Shown here piece after piece: positions 39,401 through 57,400 of a stretch of 64,000 nucleotides of DNA. Both the position numbers and the translations under genes were made by a program. This stretch comes from Eledone cirrhosa (lineage: Eukaryota): the NCBI GenBank assembly GCA_964016885.1, contig OZ024740.1:317626001-317690000 (forward strand). The letters are read 5' to 3'. Each line of letters opens with the position of its first letter. Position 1 is the first letter of the stretch. The notes below the pieces were generated by a model. It was not told the DNA's origin, did no database searches, and saw nothing but the letters and a program-made list of their open reading frames with translations.

Positions 39401-42400
39401 CCAGACCACCAATCTATACACCACTCCAGGCCTCCAATCTATACACCACTCCAGACCTCCAATCTATACACCACTCCAAACCTCCAAGCTATAGACCACT
39501 CCAGACTACCAATATATACACCACTCCAGACCTCCAATCTATAAACCACTCCAGAGAACCAATCTATACACCACTCCAGACCTCCAATCTATACACCACT
39601 CCAGACCTCCAATGTATACACCACTCTAGACAATCAATCTATACACCACTCCAGACCACCAATATATACACCATTCCAGACCTCCAATCTATAAACCACT
39701 CCAGAGAACCAATCTATACACCACTCCAGACCGCCAATCTATACACCACTCCAGACCTCCAATGTATACACGACTCCAGACCACCAATCTATACACCACT
39801 CCAGGTATCCAATCTATACACCACTCCAGACTTCCAATCTCTACACCACTCCCGACCTCTAATCTATTCACCATTCCTGACCGCCAATCTATACACCACT
39901 CCAGACCACCAATCTCTACACCACTCCAGGCCTCCAATGTATACACGACTCCAGACCACCAATCTATACACCACTCCAGATATCCACTCTATACACCACT
40001 CCAGACCTCCAATATCTACACCACTCCCGACCTCTAATCTATTCACCATTCCAGACCGCCAATCTATACACCACTCCAGACAACCAATCTATACACCACT
40101 CCAGGCCTCCAATCTATACACCACTCCAGACCTCCAATGTATACACGACTCCAGACCACCAATCTATACACCACTCCAGATATCCACTCTATACACCACT
40201 CCAGACCTCCAATATCTACACCACTCCCGACCTCTAATCTATTCACCATTCCAGACCGCCAATCTATACACCACTCCAGATAACCAATCTATACACCACT
40301 CCAGGCCTCCAATCTATACACCACTCCAGACCACCAAACTATACACCACTCCAAACCACCAATCTATACACCACTCCAGCCCTCTAATCTATACAGAACT
40401 CCAGACCACCAATCTATACACAACTCCAGACCACCAATCTATACACCACTCCAGATCACCAATCTATACATCACTCCAGACCACCAATCTATACACCACT
40501 CCAGACCACTAATCTATACACCACTCTAGACAATCAATCTATACACCACTCCAGACCTCCAAGCTATACACCACTCCAGGCCTCCAATCTATACACCACT
40601 CCAGACTTCAAATCTATATACCACTCCAGACGTCCAATCTATACACCACTCCAGACTTACAATCTATACACCACTACAGACATCCAATCTATACACCACT
40701 CCAGATTTCTAATATATACACCACTCCAGAGTACCAATCTATACACCACTCCAAACTTCCAATCTATACACCACTCCAGACCTCCAATCTATACACCACT
40801 TCAGACCTCCAATCTATACAAGACTCCAGACAACCAATCTATACACCATTCCAGACCTCCAATCTATACACCACTCCAGAATTCCAATCTATACACCACT
40901 CCAGACCACCAATCTATACACCACTCTAGACAATCAATCTATACACCACTCCAGACCTCCAATCTATACACCAATCCAAACCTCCAAGCTATAGACCACT
41001 CCAGACTACCAATATATACACCACTCCAGACCTCCAATCTATAAACCACTCCAGAGAACCAATCTATACACCACTCCAGACCTCCAATCTATACACCACT
41101 CCAGACCTCCAATGTATACACGACTCCAGACCACCAATCTATACACCACTCCAGATATCCAATCTATACACCACTCCAGGCCTCCAATCTCTACACCACT
41201 CCAGGCCTCTAATCTATTCACCATTCCAGACCGCTAATCTATACACCACTCCAGACCACCAAACTATACACCACTCCAGGCCTCCAATCTATACACCACT
41301 CCAGACCACCAATCTATACACCACTCCAGACCGCCAATCTATACACCACTCCAGACCACCAATCTATACACCACTTCAGACTACCAATCTATACACCACT
41401 CCAGACCACCAATCTATGCACCACTCAAGACCACCAAACTAAACACCACTGCAGCCCTCCAATCTATATGCCACTCCAGACCTCCAATCTATACACGACT
41501 CCAGACCACCAATCTATACACCATTCCAGACCGCCAATCTATACACCACTCCAGACTTACAGTCTATACACCACTCCAGACTTCAAATCTATACACCACT
41601 CCAGACCTCCAATCTATACACCACTCCAGAGCTCCAATCTATACACCAGTCCAGACCTCCAAGGTATACACCACTACAGACCTCCAATCTATACACCACT
41701 CCAGACCTCAAATCTATACACCACTCCAGACCTCCAATCTATACACCACTCGAGACTTCCAATCTATACACCACTCCAAACCACTAACCTATACACCATT
41801 CCAGGCTCCAATCTATACACCACACCAGACCTCCAATCTATACACCATTCCAGACCTCCAATCTATATACCACTCCAGACCAGCAATCTATACACCACTC
41901 CAGACCACCAAACTATACACAACTCCAGACCACCAATCTATACACCACTCCAGATATCCAATCTATACACCACTCCAGACTTCCAATCTGTACACCACTC
42001 CCGACCTCTAATCTATTCACCATTCCAGACCGCCAATCTATACACCACTCCAGACCACCAATCTATACACCACTCCAGGCCTCCAATCTATACACCACTC
42101 CAGACCACTAATCTATACACCACTCTAGACAATCAATCTATACACCACTCCAGACCACCAATATATACACCACTCGAGACCTCCAATCTATAAACCACTC
42201 CAGAGAACCAATCTATACACCACTCCAGACCGCCAATCTATACACCACTCCAGACCTCCAATATATACACGACTCCAGACCACCAATCTATACACCACTC
42301 CAGATATCCAATCTATACACCACTCCAGACTTCCAATCTGTACACCACTCCCGACCTCTAATCTATTCACCATTCCAGACCGCCAATCTATACACCACTC

Positions 42401-45400
42401 CAGACCACCAATCTATACACCACTCCAGGCCTCCAATCTATACACCACTCCAGACCACCAATCTATACACCACTCCAGACCACAAATCTATACATCACTC
42501 CAGCCCTCCAATCTATACACCACTCCAGACACCAATCTATACACCACTCCAGGCCACCAATCTATACAGCACTCCAGACCACCAATCTATACTCCACTCT
42601 AGCCCTCCAATCTATACACCACTCCAGACCACCAATCTATACACCACTCCAGACCAGCAATCTATACACCACTCCAGACCACCAATCTATACACCACTCC
42701 AGACCACTAATCTATACACCACTCTAGACAATCAATCTATACACCACTCCAGACCACCAATATATACACCACTCCAGACCACCAATCTATACACCACTTC
42801 AGACCACCAATCTATACACCACTCCAGACCACCAATCTATACACCACTCCAGATCACCAATCTATACACCACTCCAGACCACCAATCTATACACCACTCC
42901 AGACCACTAATCTATACACCACTCTAGACAATCAATCTATACACCACTCCAGACCTCCAATCTATACACCACTCCAGGCCTCCAATCTATACACCACTCC
43001 AGACTTCAAATCTATATACCACTCCAGACATCCAATCTATACACCACTCCAGGCCTCCAATCTATACACCACTCCAGACTTCAAATCTATATACCACTCC
43101 AGACGTCCAATCTATACACCACTCCAGACTTACAATCTATACACCACTACAGACATCCAATCTATACACCACTCCAGATTTCTAATATATACACCACTCC
43201 AGAGTACCAATCTATACACCACTCCAAACTTCCAATCTATACACCACTCCAGACCTCCAATCTATACACCACTCCAGACTTCCAATCTATACACCACTCC
43301 AGACCACCATTATATACACTACTCCAGACCTCCAATCTATACACCACTCCAGACCACCAATCTATACACCACTCTAGACAATCAATCTATACACCACTCC
43401 AGACCTCCAATCTATACACCACTCCAAACCTCCAAGCTATAGACCACTCCAGACCACCAATATATACACCACTCCAGACCTCCAATCTATAAACCACTCC
43501 AGAGAACCAATCTATACACCACTCCAGACCTCCAATCTATACACCACTCCAGACCTCCAATGTATACACGACTCCAGACCACCAATCTATACACCACTCC
43601 AGATATCCAATCTATACACCACTCCAGGCCTCCAATCTCTACACCACTCCAGGCCTCTAATCTATTCACCATTCCAGACCGCTAATCTATACACCACTCC
43701 AGACCACCAAACTATACACCACTCCAGGCCTCCAATCTATACACCACTCCAGACCACCAATCTACACACCACTCCAGACCGCCAATCTATACACCACTCC
43801 AGACCACCAATCTATACACCACTTCAGACCACCAATCTATACACCACTCCAGACCACCAATCTATACACCACTCAAGACCACCAAACTAAACACCACTGC
43901 AGCCCTCCAATCTATATGCCACTCCAGACCTCCAGTCTATACACGACTCCAGACCACCAATCTATACACCATTCCAGACCGCCAATCTATACAAGACTCC
44001 AGACAACCAATCTATACACCATTCCAGACCTCCAATCTATACACCACTCCAGACTTCCAATCTATACACCACTCCAGACCACCATTATATACACCACTCC
44101 AGACCTCCAATCTATACACCACTCCAGACCACCAATCTATACACCACTCTAGACAATCAATCTATACACCACTCCAGACCTCCAATCTATACACCACTCC
44201 AAACCTCCAAGCTATAGACCACTCCAGACCACCAATATATACACCACTCCAGACCTCCAATCTATAAACCACTCCAGAGAACCAATCTATACACCACTCC
44301 AGACCTCCAATCTATACACCACTCCAGACCTCCAATGTATACACGACTCCAGACCACCAATCTATACACCACTCCAGATATCCAATCTATACACCACTCC
44401 AGGCCTCCAATCTCTACACCACTCCAGGCCTCTAATCTATTCACCATTCCAGACCGCTAATCTATACACCACTCCAGACCACCAAACTATACACCACTCC
44501 AGGCCTCCAATCTATACACCACTCCAGACCACCAATCTACACACCACTCCAGACCGCCAATCTATACACCACTCCAGACCACCAATCTATACACCACTTC
44601 AGACCACCAATCTATACACCACTCCAGACCACCAATCTATACACCACTCAAGACCACCAAACTAAACACCACTGCAGCCCTCCAATCTATATGCCACTCC
44701 AGACCTCCAGTCTATACACGACTCCAGACCACCAATCTATACACCATTCCAGACCGCCAATCTATACACCACTCCAGACTTACAGTCTATACACCACTCC
44801 AGACTTCAAATCTATACACGACTCCAGACTGCCAATCTATACACCACTCCAGACTTACAGTCTATACACCACTCCAGACTTCAAATCTATACACCACTCC
44901 AGACCTCCAATCTATACACCACTCCAGAGCTCCAATCTATACACCAGTCCAGACCACCAAGGTATACACCACTACAGACCTCCAATCTATACACCACTCC
45001 AGACCTCAAATCTATACACCACTCCAGACCTCCAATCTATACACCACTCGAGACTTTCAATCTATACACCACTCCAAACCACCAACCTATACACCATTCC
45101 AGGCTCCAATCTATACACCACACCAGACCTCCAATCTATACACCATTCCAGACCTCCAATCTATATACCACTCCAGACCAGCAATCTATACACCACACCA
45201 GACCTCCAATCTATACACCACTCGAGACCTCCAAGATATAAACCACTTCAGGCCTCCAATCTATACACCACACCAGACCTCAAATCTATTCACAATTCCA
45301 GACCGCCTATCTATACACCACTCCAGACCACCAATCTATACGCCACTCCAGGCCTCCAATCTATACACCACTCCAGATCACCAATCTGTACACCACTCCA

Positions 45401-48400
45401 GACCACCAATCTATACACCACTACAGGCCTCCAATCTATACACCACTCCAGACCACCAATCTATACACCACTCCAGACCACCAATCTATACACCACTCCA
45501 GACCTCCAATCTATACACCACTCCAGACCGCCAATCTATACACCACTCCAGACCACTAATCTATACACCACTCTAGACAATCAATCTATACACCACTCCA
45601 GACCTCCAATCTATACACCACTCCAGGCCTCCAATCTATACACCACTCCAGATTTCAAAACTATACACCACTCCAGACGTCCAATCTATACACCACTCCA
45701 GACTTCCAATCTATACACCACTCCAGACTTCCAATATATACATCACTCCAGAGCACCAATCTATACACCACTCCAAACTTCCAATCTATACACCACTCCA
45801 GACCTCCAAGCTATAAACCACAAAAGAGCACCAATCTATACACCACTCCAGACCTCCAATCTATACACCACGCCAGACCTCCAAGCTATAAACCACTCCA
45901 GACCACCAATATATACACCACTCCAGACCTCCAATCTATAAACCACTCCAGAGAACCAATCTATACACCACTCCAGACCTCCAATCTATAGACCACTCCA
46001 GACCTCCAATGTATACACAACTCCAGACCACCAATCTATACACCACTCCAGATATCCAATCTATACACCACTCCAGGCCTCCAATCTCTACACCACTCCA
46101 GACCTCTAATCTATTCACCATTCCAGACCGCTAATCTATACACCACTCCAGACCACCAGTCTATACACCACTCCAGGCCTCCAATCTATACACCACTCCA
46201 GACCACCAATCTATACACCACTCCAGACCACCAATCTGTACACCAATCCAGCCCTCCAATCTATACACCACTCCAGACCACCAATCTATACACCACTCCA
46301 GACCACCAATCTATACACCACTTCAGACCACCAATCTATATACCACTCCAGACTACCAATCTATACACGACTCCAGACCACCAATCTATACACCACTCCA
46401 GACCTCCAATGTATACACGACTCCAGACCACCAATCTATACACCACTCCAGATATCCAATCTATACACCACTCCAGACCTCCAATCTCTACACCACTCCA
46501 GACCTCTTATCTATTCACCATTCCAGACCGCCAATCTATACACCACTCCAGACTTTCAGTCTATACACCACTCCAGACTTCCAATCTATACACCACTCCA
46601 GACTTCCAATCTATACACCACTCCAGATTTCCAATATATACACCACTCCAGAGCACCAATCTATACACCACTTCCAACTTCCAATCTATACACCACTCCA
46701 GACCTCCAATCTTTACACCACTCCAAACTTCCAATCTATACACCAATCCAGACCTCGAATCTATACACCACTTCAGAGCTCCAATCTATACACCACACCA
46801 GACCTCCAATCTATACACCTCTCCAGAGCACAAATCTATACACCACTCCAGACCTCCAATCTATACAAGACTCCAGACAACCAATCTATACACCACTCCA
46901 CACCTTCAATCTATACACCACTCCAGACCACCAATCTATAAACCACTCCAGATATCCAATCTATGCACCACCTCAGACTTCCAATCTATACACCACTCCA
47001 GATTTCCAATATATACACCACTCCAGAGCACCAATCTATACACCACTTCCAACTTCCAATCTATACACCACTCCAGGCCTCCAATCTATACACCACTCCA
47101 GACCTCAAATCTCTTCACAATTCCAGACCGCCTATCTATACACCACTCCAGACCACCAATCTATACACCACTCCAGGCCTCCAATCTATACACCACTCCA
47201 GACCTCCAATCTATACACCACTCCAAACCTCCAAGCTATAGACCACTCCAGACTACCAATATATAAACCACTCCAGACCTCCAATCTATAAACCACTCCA
47301 GAGAACCAATCTATACACCACTCCAGACCTCCAATCTATACACCACTCCAGACCTCCAATGTATACACCACTCTAGACAATCAATCTATACACCACTCCA
47401 GACCACCAATATATACACCATTCCAGACCTCCAATCTATAAACCACTCCAGAGAACCAATCTATACACCACTCCAGACCGCCAATCTATACACCACTCCA
47501 GACCTCCAATGTATACACGACTCCAGACCACCAATCTATACACCACTCCAGGTATCCAATCTATACACCACTCCAGACTTCCAATCTCTACACCACTCCC
47601 GACCTCTAATCTATTCACCATTCCTGACCGCCAATCTATACACCACTCCAGACCACCAATCTCTACACCACTCCAGGCCTCCAATGTATACACGACTCCA
47701 GACCACCAATCTATACACCACTCCAGATATCCACTCTATACACCACTCCAGACCTCCAATATCTACACCACTCCCGACCTCTAATCTATTCACCATTCCA
47801 GACCGCCAATCTATACACCACTCCAGACAACCAATCTATACACCACTCCAGGCCTCCAATCTATACACCACTCCAGACCTCCAATGTATACACGACTCCA
47901 GACCACCAATCTATACACCACTCCAGATATCCACTCTATACACCACTCCAGACCTCCAATATCTACACCACTCCCGACCTCTAATCTATTCACCATTCCA
48001 GACCGCCAATCTATACACCACTCCAGACAACCAATCTATACACCACTCCAGGCCTCCAATCTATACACCACTCCAGACCACCAAACTATACACCACTCCA
48101 AACCACCAATCTATACACCACTCCAGCCCTCTAATCTATACAGAACTCCAGACCACCAATCTATACACAACTCCAGACCACCAATCTATACACCACTCCA
48201 GATCACGAATCTATACATCACTCCAGACCACCAATCTATACACCACTCCAGACCACTAATCTATACACCACTCTAGACAATCAATCTATACACTACTCCA
48301 GACCTCCAAGCTATACACCACTCCAGGCCTCCAATCTATACACCACTCCAGACTTCAAATCTATATACCACTCCAGACGTCCAATCTATACACCACTCCA

Positions 48401-51400
48401 GACTTACAATCTATACACCACTACAGACATCCAATCTATACACCACTCCAGATTTCTAATATATACACCACTCCAGAGTACCAATCTATACACCACTCCA
48501 AACTTCCAATCTATACACCACTCCAGACCTCCAATCTATACACCACTTCAGACCTCCAATCTATACAAGACTCCAGACAACCAATCTATACACCATTCCA
48601 GACCTCCAATCTATACACCACTCCAGACTTCCAATCTATACACCACTCCAGACCACCAATCTATACACCACTCTAGACAATCAATCTATACACCACTCCA
48701 GACCTCCAATCTATACACCACTCCAAACCTCCAAGCTATAGACCACTCCAGACTACCAATATATACACCACTCCAGACCTCCAATCTATAAACCACTCCA
48801 GAGAACCAATCTATACACCACTCCAGACCTCCAATCTATACACCACTCCAGACCTCCAATGTATACACGACTCCAGACCACCAATCTATACACCACTCCA
48901 GATATCCAATCTATACACCACTCCAGGCCTCCAATCTCTACACCACTCCAGGCCTCTAATCTATTCACCATTCCAGACCGCTAATCTATACACCACTCCA
49001 GACCACCAAACTATACACCACTCCAGGCCTCCAATCTATACACCACTCCAGACCACCAATCTATACACCACTCCAGACCGCCAATCTATACACCACTCCA
49101 GACCACCAATCTATACACCACTTCAGACTACCAATCTATACACCACTCCAGACCACCAATCTATGCACCACTCAAGACCACCAAACTAAACACCACTGCA
49201 GCCCTCCAATCTATATGCCACTCCAGACCTCCAATCTATACACGACTCCAGACCACCAATCTATACACCATTCCAGACCGCCAATCTATACACCACTCCA
49301 GACTTACAGTCTATACACAACTCCAGACTTCAAATCTATACACCACTCCAGACTGCCAATCTATACACCACTCCAGACTTACAGTCTATACACCACTCCA
49401 GACTTCAAATCTATACACCACTCCAGACCTCCAATCTATACACCACTCCAGAGCTCCAATCTATACACCAGTCCAGACCTCCAAGGTATACACCACTACA
49501 GACCTCCAATCTATACACCACTCCAGACCTCAAATCTATACACCACTCCAGACCTCCAATCTATACACCACTCGAGACTTCCAATCTATACACCACTCCA
49601 AACCACCAACCTATACACCATTCCAGGCTCCAATCTATACACCACTCCAGACCAGCAATCTATACACCACTCCAGACCACCAAACTATACACAACTCCAG
49701 ACCACCAATCTATACACCACTCCAGATATCCAATCTATACACCACTCCAGACTTCCAATCTGTACACCACTCCCGACCTCTAATCTATTCACCATTCCAG
49801 ACCGCCAATCTATACACCACTCCAGACCACCAATCTATACACCACTCCAGGCCTCCAATCTATACACCACTCCAGACCACTAATCTATACACCACTCTAG
49901 ACAATCAATCTATACACCACTCCAGACCACCAATATATACACCACTCGAGACCTCCAATCTATAAACCACTCCAGAGAACCAATCTATACACCACTCCAG
50001 ACCGCCAATCTATACACCACTCCAGACCTCCAATATATACACGACTCCAGACCACCAATCTATACACCACTCCAGATATCCAATCTATACACCACTCCAG
50101 ACTTCCAATCTGTACACCACTCCCGACCTCTAATCTATTCACCATTCCAGACCGCCAATCTATACACCACTCCAGACCACCAATCTATACACCACTCCAG
50201 GCCTCCAATCTATACACCACTCCAGACCACCAATCTATACACCACTCCAGACCACAAATCTATACATCACTCCAGCCCTCCAATCTATACACCACTCCAG
50301 ACACCAATCTATACACCACTCCAGGCCACCAATCTATACAGCACTCCAGACCACCAATCTATACTCCACTCTAGCCCTCCAATCTATACACCACTCCAGA
50401 CCAGCAATCTATACACCACTCCAGACCACCAATCTATACACCACTCCAGACCACTAATCTATACACCACTCTAGACAATCAATCTATACACCACTCCAGA
50501 CCACCAATATATACACCACTCCAGACCACCAATCTATACACCACTTCAGACCACCAATCTATACACCACTCCAGACCACCAATCTATACACCACTCCAGA
50601 TCACCAATCTATACACCACTCCAGACCACCAATCTATACACCACTCCAGACCACTAATCTATACACCACTCTAGACAATCAATCTATACACCACTCCAGA
50701 CCTCCAATCTATACACCACTCCAGGCCTCCAATCTATACACCACTCCAGACTTCAAATCTATATACCACTCCAGACATCCAATCTATACACCACTCCAGG
50801 CCTCCAATCTATACACCACTCCAGACTTCAAATCTATATACCACTCCAGACGTCCAATCTATACACCACTCCAGACTTACAATCTATACACCACTACAGA
50901 CATCCAATCTATACACCACTCCAGATTTCTAATATATACACCACTCCAGAGTACCAATCTATACACCACTCCAAACTTCCAATCTATACACCACTCCAGA
51001 CCTCCAATCTATACACCACTCCAGACTTCCAATCTATACACCACTCCAGACCACCATTATATACACCACTCCAGACCTCCAATCTATACACCACTCTAGA
51101 CCACCAATCTATACACCACTCTAGACAATCAATCTATACACCACTCCAGACCTCCAATCTATACACCACTCCAAACCTCCAAGCTATAGACCACTCCAGA
51201 CCACCAATATATACACCACTCCAGACCTCCAATCTATAAACCACTCCAGAGAACCAATCTATACACCACTCCAGACCTCCAATCTATACACCACTCCAGA
51301 CCTCCAATGTATACACGACTCCAGACCACCAATCTATACACCACTCCAGATATCCAATCTATACACCACTCCAGGCCTCCAATCTCTACACCACTCCAGG

Positions 51401-54400
51401 CCTCTAATCTATTCACCATTCCAGACCGCTAATCTATACACCACTCCAGACCACCAAACTATACACCACTCCAGGCCTCCAATCTATACACCACTCCAGA
51501 CCACCAATCTACACACCACTCCAGACCGCCAATCTATACACCACTCCAGACCACCAATCTATACACCACTTCAGACCACCAATCTATACACCACTCCAGA
51601 CCACCAATCTATACACCACTCAAGACCACCAAACTAAACACCACTGCAGCCCTCCAATCTATATGCCACTCCAGACCTCCAGTCTATACACGACTCCAGA
51701 CCACCAATCTATACACCATTCCAGACCGCCAATCTATACAAGACTCCAGACAACCAATCTATACACCATTCCAGACCTCCAATCTATACACCACTCCAGA
51801 CTTCCAATCTATACACCACTCCAGACCACCATTATATACACCACTCCAGACCTCCAATCTATACACCACTGCAGACCACCAATCTATACACCACTCTAGA
51901 CAATCAATCTATACACCACTCCAGACCTCCAATCTATACACCACTCCAAACCTCCAAGCTATAGACCACTCCAGACCACCAATATATACACCACTCCAGA
52001 CCTCCAATCTATAAACCACTCCAGAGAACCAATCTATACACCACACCAGACCTCCAATCTATACACCACTCCAGACCTCCAATGTATACACGACTCCAGA
52101 CCACCAATCTATACACCACTCCAGATATCCAATCTATACACCACTCCAGGCCTCCAATCTCTACACCACTCCAGGCCTCTAATCTATTCACCATTCCAGA
52201 CCGCTAATCTATACACCACTCCAGACCACCAAACTATACACCACTCCAGGCCTCCAATCTATACACCACTCCAGACCACCAATCTACACACCACTCCAGA
52301 CCGCCAAACTATACACCACTCCAGACCACCAATCTATACACCACTTCAGACCACCAATCTATACACCACTCCAGACCACCAATCTATACACCACTCAAGA
52401 CCACCAAACTAAACACCACTGCAGCCCTCCAATCTATATGCCACTCCAGACCTCCAGTCTATACACGACTCCAGACCACCAATCTATACACCATTCCAGA
52501 CCGCCAATCTATACACCACTCCAGACTTACAGTCTATACACCACTCCAGACTTCAAATCTATACACCACTCCAGACTGCCAATCTATACACCACTCCAGA
52601 CTTACAGTCTATACACCACTCCAGACTTCAAATCTATACACCACTCCAGACCTCCAATCTATACACCACTCCAGAGCTCCAATCTATACACCAGTCCAGA
52701 CCACCAAGGTATACACCACTTCAGACCTCCAATCTATACACCACTCCAGACCTCAAATCTATACACCACTCCAGACCTCCAATCTATACACCACTCGAGA
52801 CTTTCAATCTATACACCACTCCAAACCACCAACCTATACACCATTCCAGGCTCCAATCTATACACCACACCAGACCTCCAATCTATACACCATTCCAGAC
52901 CTCCAATCTATATACCACTCCAGACCAGCAATCTATACACCACACCAGACCTCCAATCTATACACCACTCGAGACCTCCAAGATATAAACCACTTCAGGC
53001 CTCCAATCTATACACCACACCAGACCTCAAATCTATTCACAATTCCAGACCGCCTATCTATACACCACTCCAGACCACCAATCTATACGCCACTCCAGGC
53101 CTCCAATCTATACACCACTCCAGATCACCAATCTGTACACCACTCCAGACCACCAATCTATACACCACTACAGGCCTCCAATCTATACACCACTCCAGAC
53201 CACCAATCTATACACCACTCCAGACCACCAATCTATACACCACTCCAGACCTCCAATCTATACACCACTCCAGACCGCCAATCTATGCACCACTCCAGAC
53301 CACTAATCTATACACCACTCTAGACAATCAATCTATACACCACTCCAGACCTCCAATCTATACACCACTCCAGGCCTCCAATCTATACACCACTCCAGAT
53401 TTCAAAACTATACACCACTCCAGACGTCCAATCTATACACCACTCCAGACTTCCAATCTATACACCACTCCAGACTTCCAATATATACATCACTCCAGAG
53501 CACCAATCTATACACCACTCCAAACTTCCAATCTATACACCACTCCAGACCTCCAAGCTATAAACCACAAAAGAGCACCAATCTATACACCACTCCAGAC
53601 CTCCAATCTATACACCACGCCAGACCTCCAAGCTATAAACCACTCCAGACCACCAATATATACACCACTCCAGACCTCCAATCTATAAACCACTCCAGAG
53701 AACCAATCTATACACCACTCCAGACCTCCAATCTATAGACCACTCCAGACCTCCAATGTATACACAACTCCAGATATCCAATCTATACACCACTCCAGAC
53801 TTACAATCTATACACCACTACAGACATCCAATCTATACACCACTCCAGATTTCTAATATATACACCACTCCAGAGTACCAATCTATACACCACTCCAAAC
53901 TTCCAATCTATACACCACTCCAGACCTCCAATCTATACACCACTTCAGACCTCCAATCTATACAAGACTCCAGACAACCAATCTATACACCATTCCAGAC
54001 CTCCAATCTATACACCACTCCAGACTTCCAATCTATACACCACTCCAGACCACCAATCTATACACCACTCTAGACAATCAATCTATACACCACTCCAGAC
54101 CTCCAATCTATACACCACTCCAAACCTCCAAGCTATAGACCACTCCAGACTACCAATATATACACCACTCCAGACCTCCAATCTATAAACCACTCCAGAG
54201 AACCAATCTATACACCACTCCAGACCTCCAATCTATACACCACTCCAGACCTCCAATGTATACACGACTCCAGACCACCAATCTATACACCACTCCAGAT
54301 ATCCAATCTATACACCACTCCAGGCCTCCAATCTCTACACCACTCCAGGCCTCTAATCTATTCACCATTCCAGACCGCTAATCTATACACCACTCCAGAC

Positions 54401-57400
54401 CACCAAACTATACACCACTCCAGGCCTCCAATCTATACACCACTCCAGACCACCAATCTATACACCACTCCAGACCGCCAATCTATACACCACTCCAGAC
54501 CACCAATCTATACACCACTTCAGACTACCAATCTATACACCACTCCAGACCACCAATCTATGCACCACTCAAGACCACCAAACTAAACACCACTGCAGCC
54601 CTCCAATCTATATGCCACTCCAGACCTCCAATCTATACACGACTCCAGACCACCAATCTATACACCATTCCAGACCGCCAATCTATACACCACTCCAGAC
54701 TTACAGTCTATACACAACTCCAGACTTCAAATCTATACACCACTCCAGACTGCCAATCTATACACCACTCCAGACTTACAGTCTATACACCACTCCAGAC
54801 TTCAAATCTATACACCACTCCAGACCTCCAATCTATACACCACTCCAGAGCTCCAATCTATACACCAGTCCAGACCTCCAAGGTATACACCACTACAGAC
54901 CTCCAATCTATACACCACTCCAGACCTCAAATCTATACACCACTCCAGACCTCCAATCTATACACCACTCGAGACTTCCAATCTATACACCACTCCAAAC
55001 CACCAACCTATACACCATTCCAGGCTCCAATCTATACACCACACCAGACCTCCAATCTATACACCATTCCAGACCTCCAATCTATATACCACTCCAGACC
55101 AGCAATCTATACACCACTCCAGACCACCAAACTATACACAACTCCAGACCACCAATCTATACACCACTCCAGATATCCAATCTATACACCACTCCAGACT
55201 TCCAATCTGTACACCACTCCCGACCTCTAATCTATTCACCATTCCAGACCGCCAATCTATACACCACTCCAGACCACCAATCTATACACCACTCCAGGCC
55301 TCCAATCTATACACCACTCCAGACCACTAATCTATACACCACTCTAGACAATCAATCTATACACCACTCCAGACCACCAATATATACACCACTCGAGACC
55401 TCCAATCTATAAACCACTCCAGAGAACCAATCTATACACCACTCCAGACCGCCAATCTATACACCACTCCAGACCTCCAATATATACACGACTCCAGACC
55501 ACCAATCTATACACCACTCCAGATATCCAATCTATACACCACTCCAGACTTCCAATCTGTACACCACTCCCGACCTCTAATCTATTCACCATTCCAGACC
55601 GCCAATCTATACACCACTCCAGACCACCAATCTATACACCACTCCAGGCCTCCAATCTATACACCACTCCAGACCACCAATCTATACACCACTCCAGACC
55701 ACAAATCTATACATCACTCCAGCCCTCCAATCTATACACCACTCCAGACACCAATCTATACACCACTCCAGGCCACCAATCTATACAGCACTCCAGACCA
55801 CCAATCTATACTCCACTCTAGCCCTCCAATCTATACACCACTCCAGACCAGCAATCTATACACCACTCCAGACCACCAATCTATACACCACTCCAGACCA
55901 CTAATCTATACACCACTCTAGACAATCAATCTATACACCACTCCAGACCACCAATATATACACCACTCCAGACCACCAATCTATACACCACTTCAGACCA
56001 CCAATCTATACACCACTCCAGACCACCAATCTATACACCACTCCAGATCACCAATCTATACACCACTCCAGACCACCAATCTATACACCACTCCAGACCA
56101 CTAATCTATACACCACTCTAGACAATCAATCTATACACCACTCCAGACCTCCAATCTATACACCACTCCAGGCCTCCAATCTATACACCACTCCAGACTT
56201 CAAATCTATATACCACTCCAGACATCCAATCTATACACCACTCCAGGCCTCCAATCTATACACCACTCCAGACTTCAAATCTATATACCACTCCAGACGT
56301 CCAATCTATACACCACTCCAGACTTACAATCTATACACCACTACAGACATCCAATCTATACACCACTCCAGATTTCTAATATATACACCACTCCAGAGTA
56401 CCAATCTATACACCACTCCAAACTTCCAATCTATACACCACTCCAGACCTCCAATCTATACACCACTCCAGACTTCCAATCTATACACCACTCCAGACCA
56501 CCATTATATACACCACTCCAGACCTCCAATCTATACACCACTCTAGACCACCAATCTATACACCACTCTAGACAATCAATCTATACACCACTCCAGACCT
56601 CCAATCTATACACCACTCCAAACCTCCAAGCTATAGACCACTCCAGACCACCAATATATACACCACTCCAGACCTCCAATCTATAAACCACTCCAGAGAA
56701 CCAATCTATACACCACTCCAGACCTCCAATCTATACACCACTCCAGACCTCCAATGTATACACGACTCCAGACCACCAATCTATACACCACTCCAGATAT
56801 CCAATCTATACACCACTCCAGGCCTCCAATCTCTACACCACTCCAGGCCTCTAATCTATTCACCATTCCAGACCGCTAATCTATACACCACTCCAGACCA
56901 CCAAACTATACACCACTCCAGGCCTCCAATCTATACACCACTCCAGACCACCAATCTACACACCACTCCAGACCGCCAATCTATACACCACTCCAGACCA
57001 CCAATCTATACACCACTTCAGACCACCAATCTATACACCACTCCAGACCACCAATCTATACACCACTCAAGACCACCAAACTAAACACCACTGCAGCCCT
57101 CCAATCTATATGCCACTCCAGACCTCCAGTCTATACACGACTCCAGACCACCAATCTATACACCATTCCAGACCGCCAATCTATACAAGACTCCAGACAA
57201 CCAATCTATACACCATTCCAGACCTCCAATCTATACACCACTCCAGACTTCCAATCTATACACCACTCCAGACCACCATTATATACACCACTCCAGACCT
57301 CCAATCTATACACCACTGCAGACCACCAATCTATACACCACTCTAGACAATCAATCTATACACCACTCCAGACCTCCAATCTATACACCACTCCAAACCT

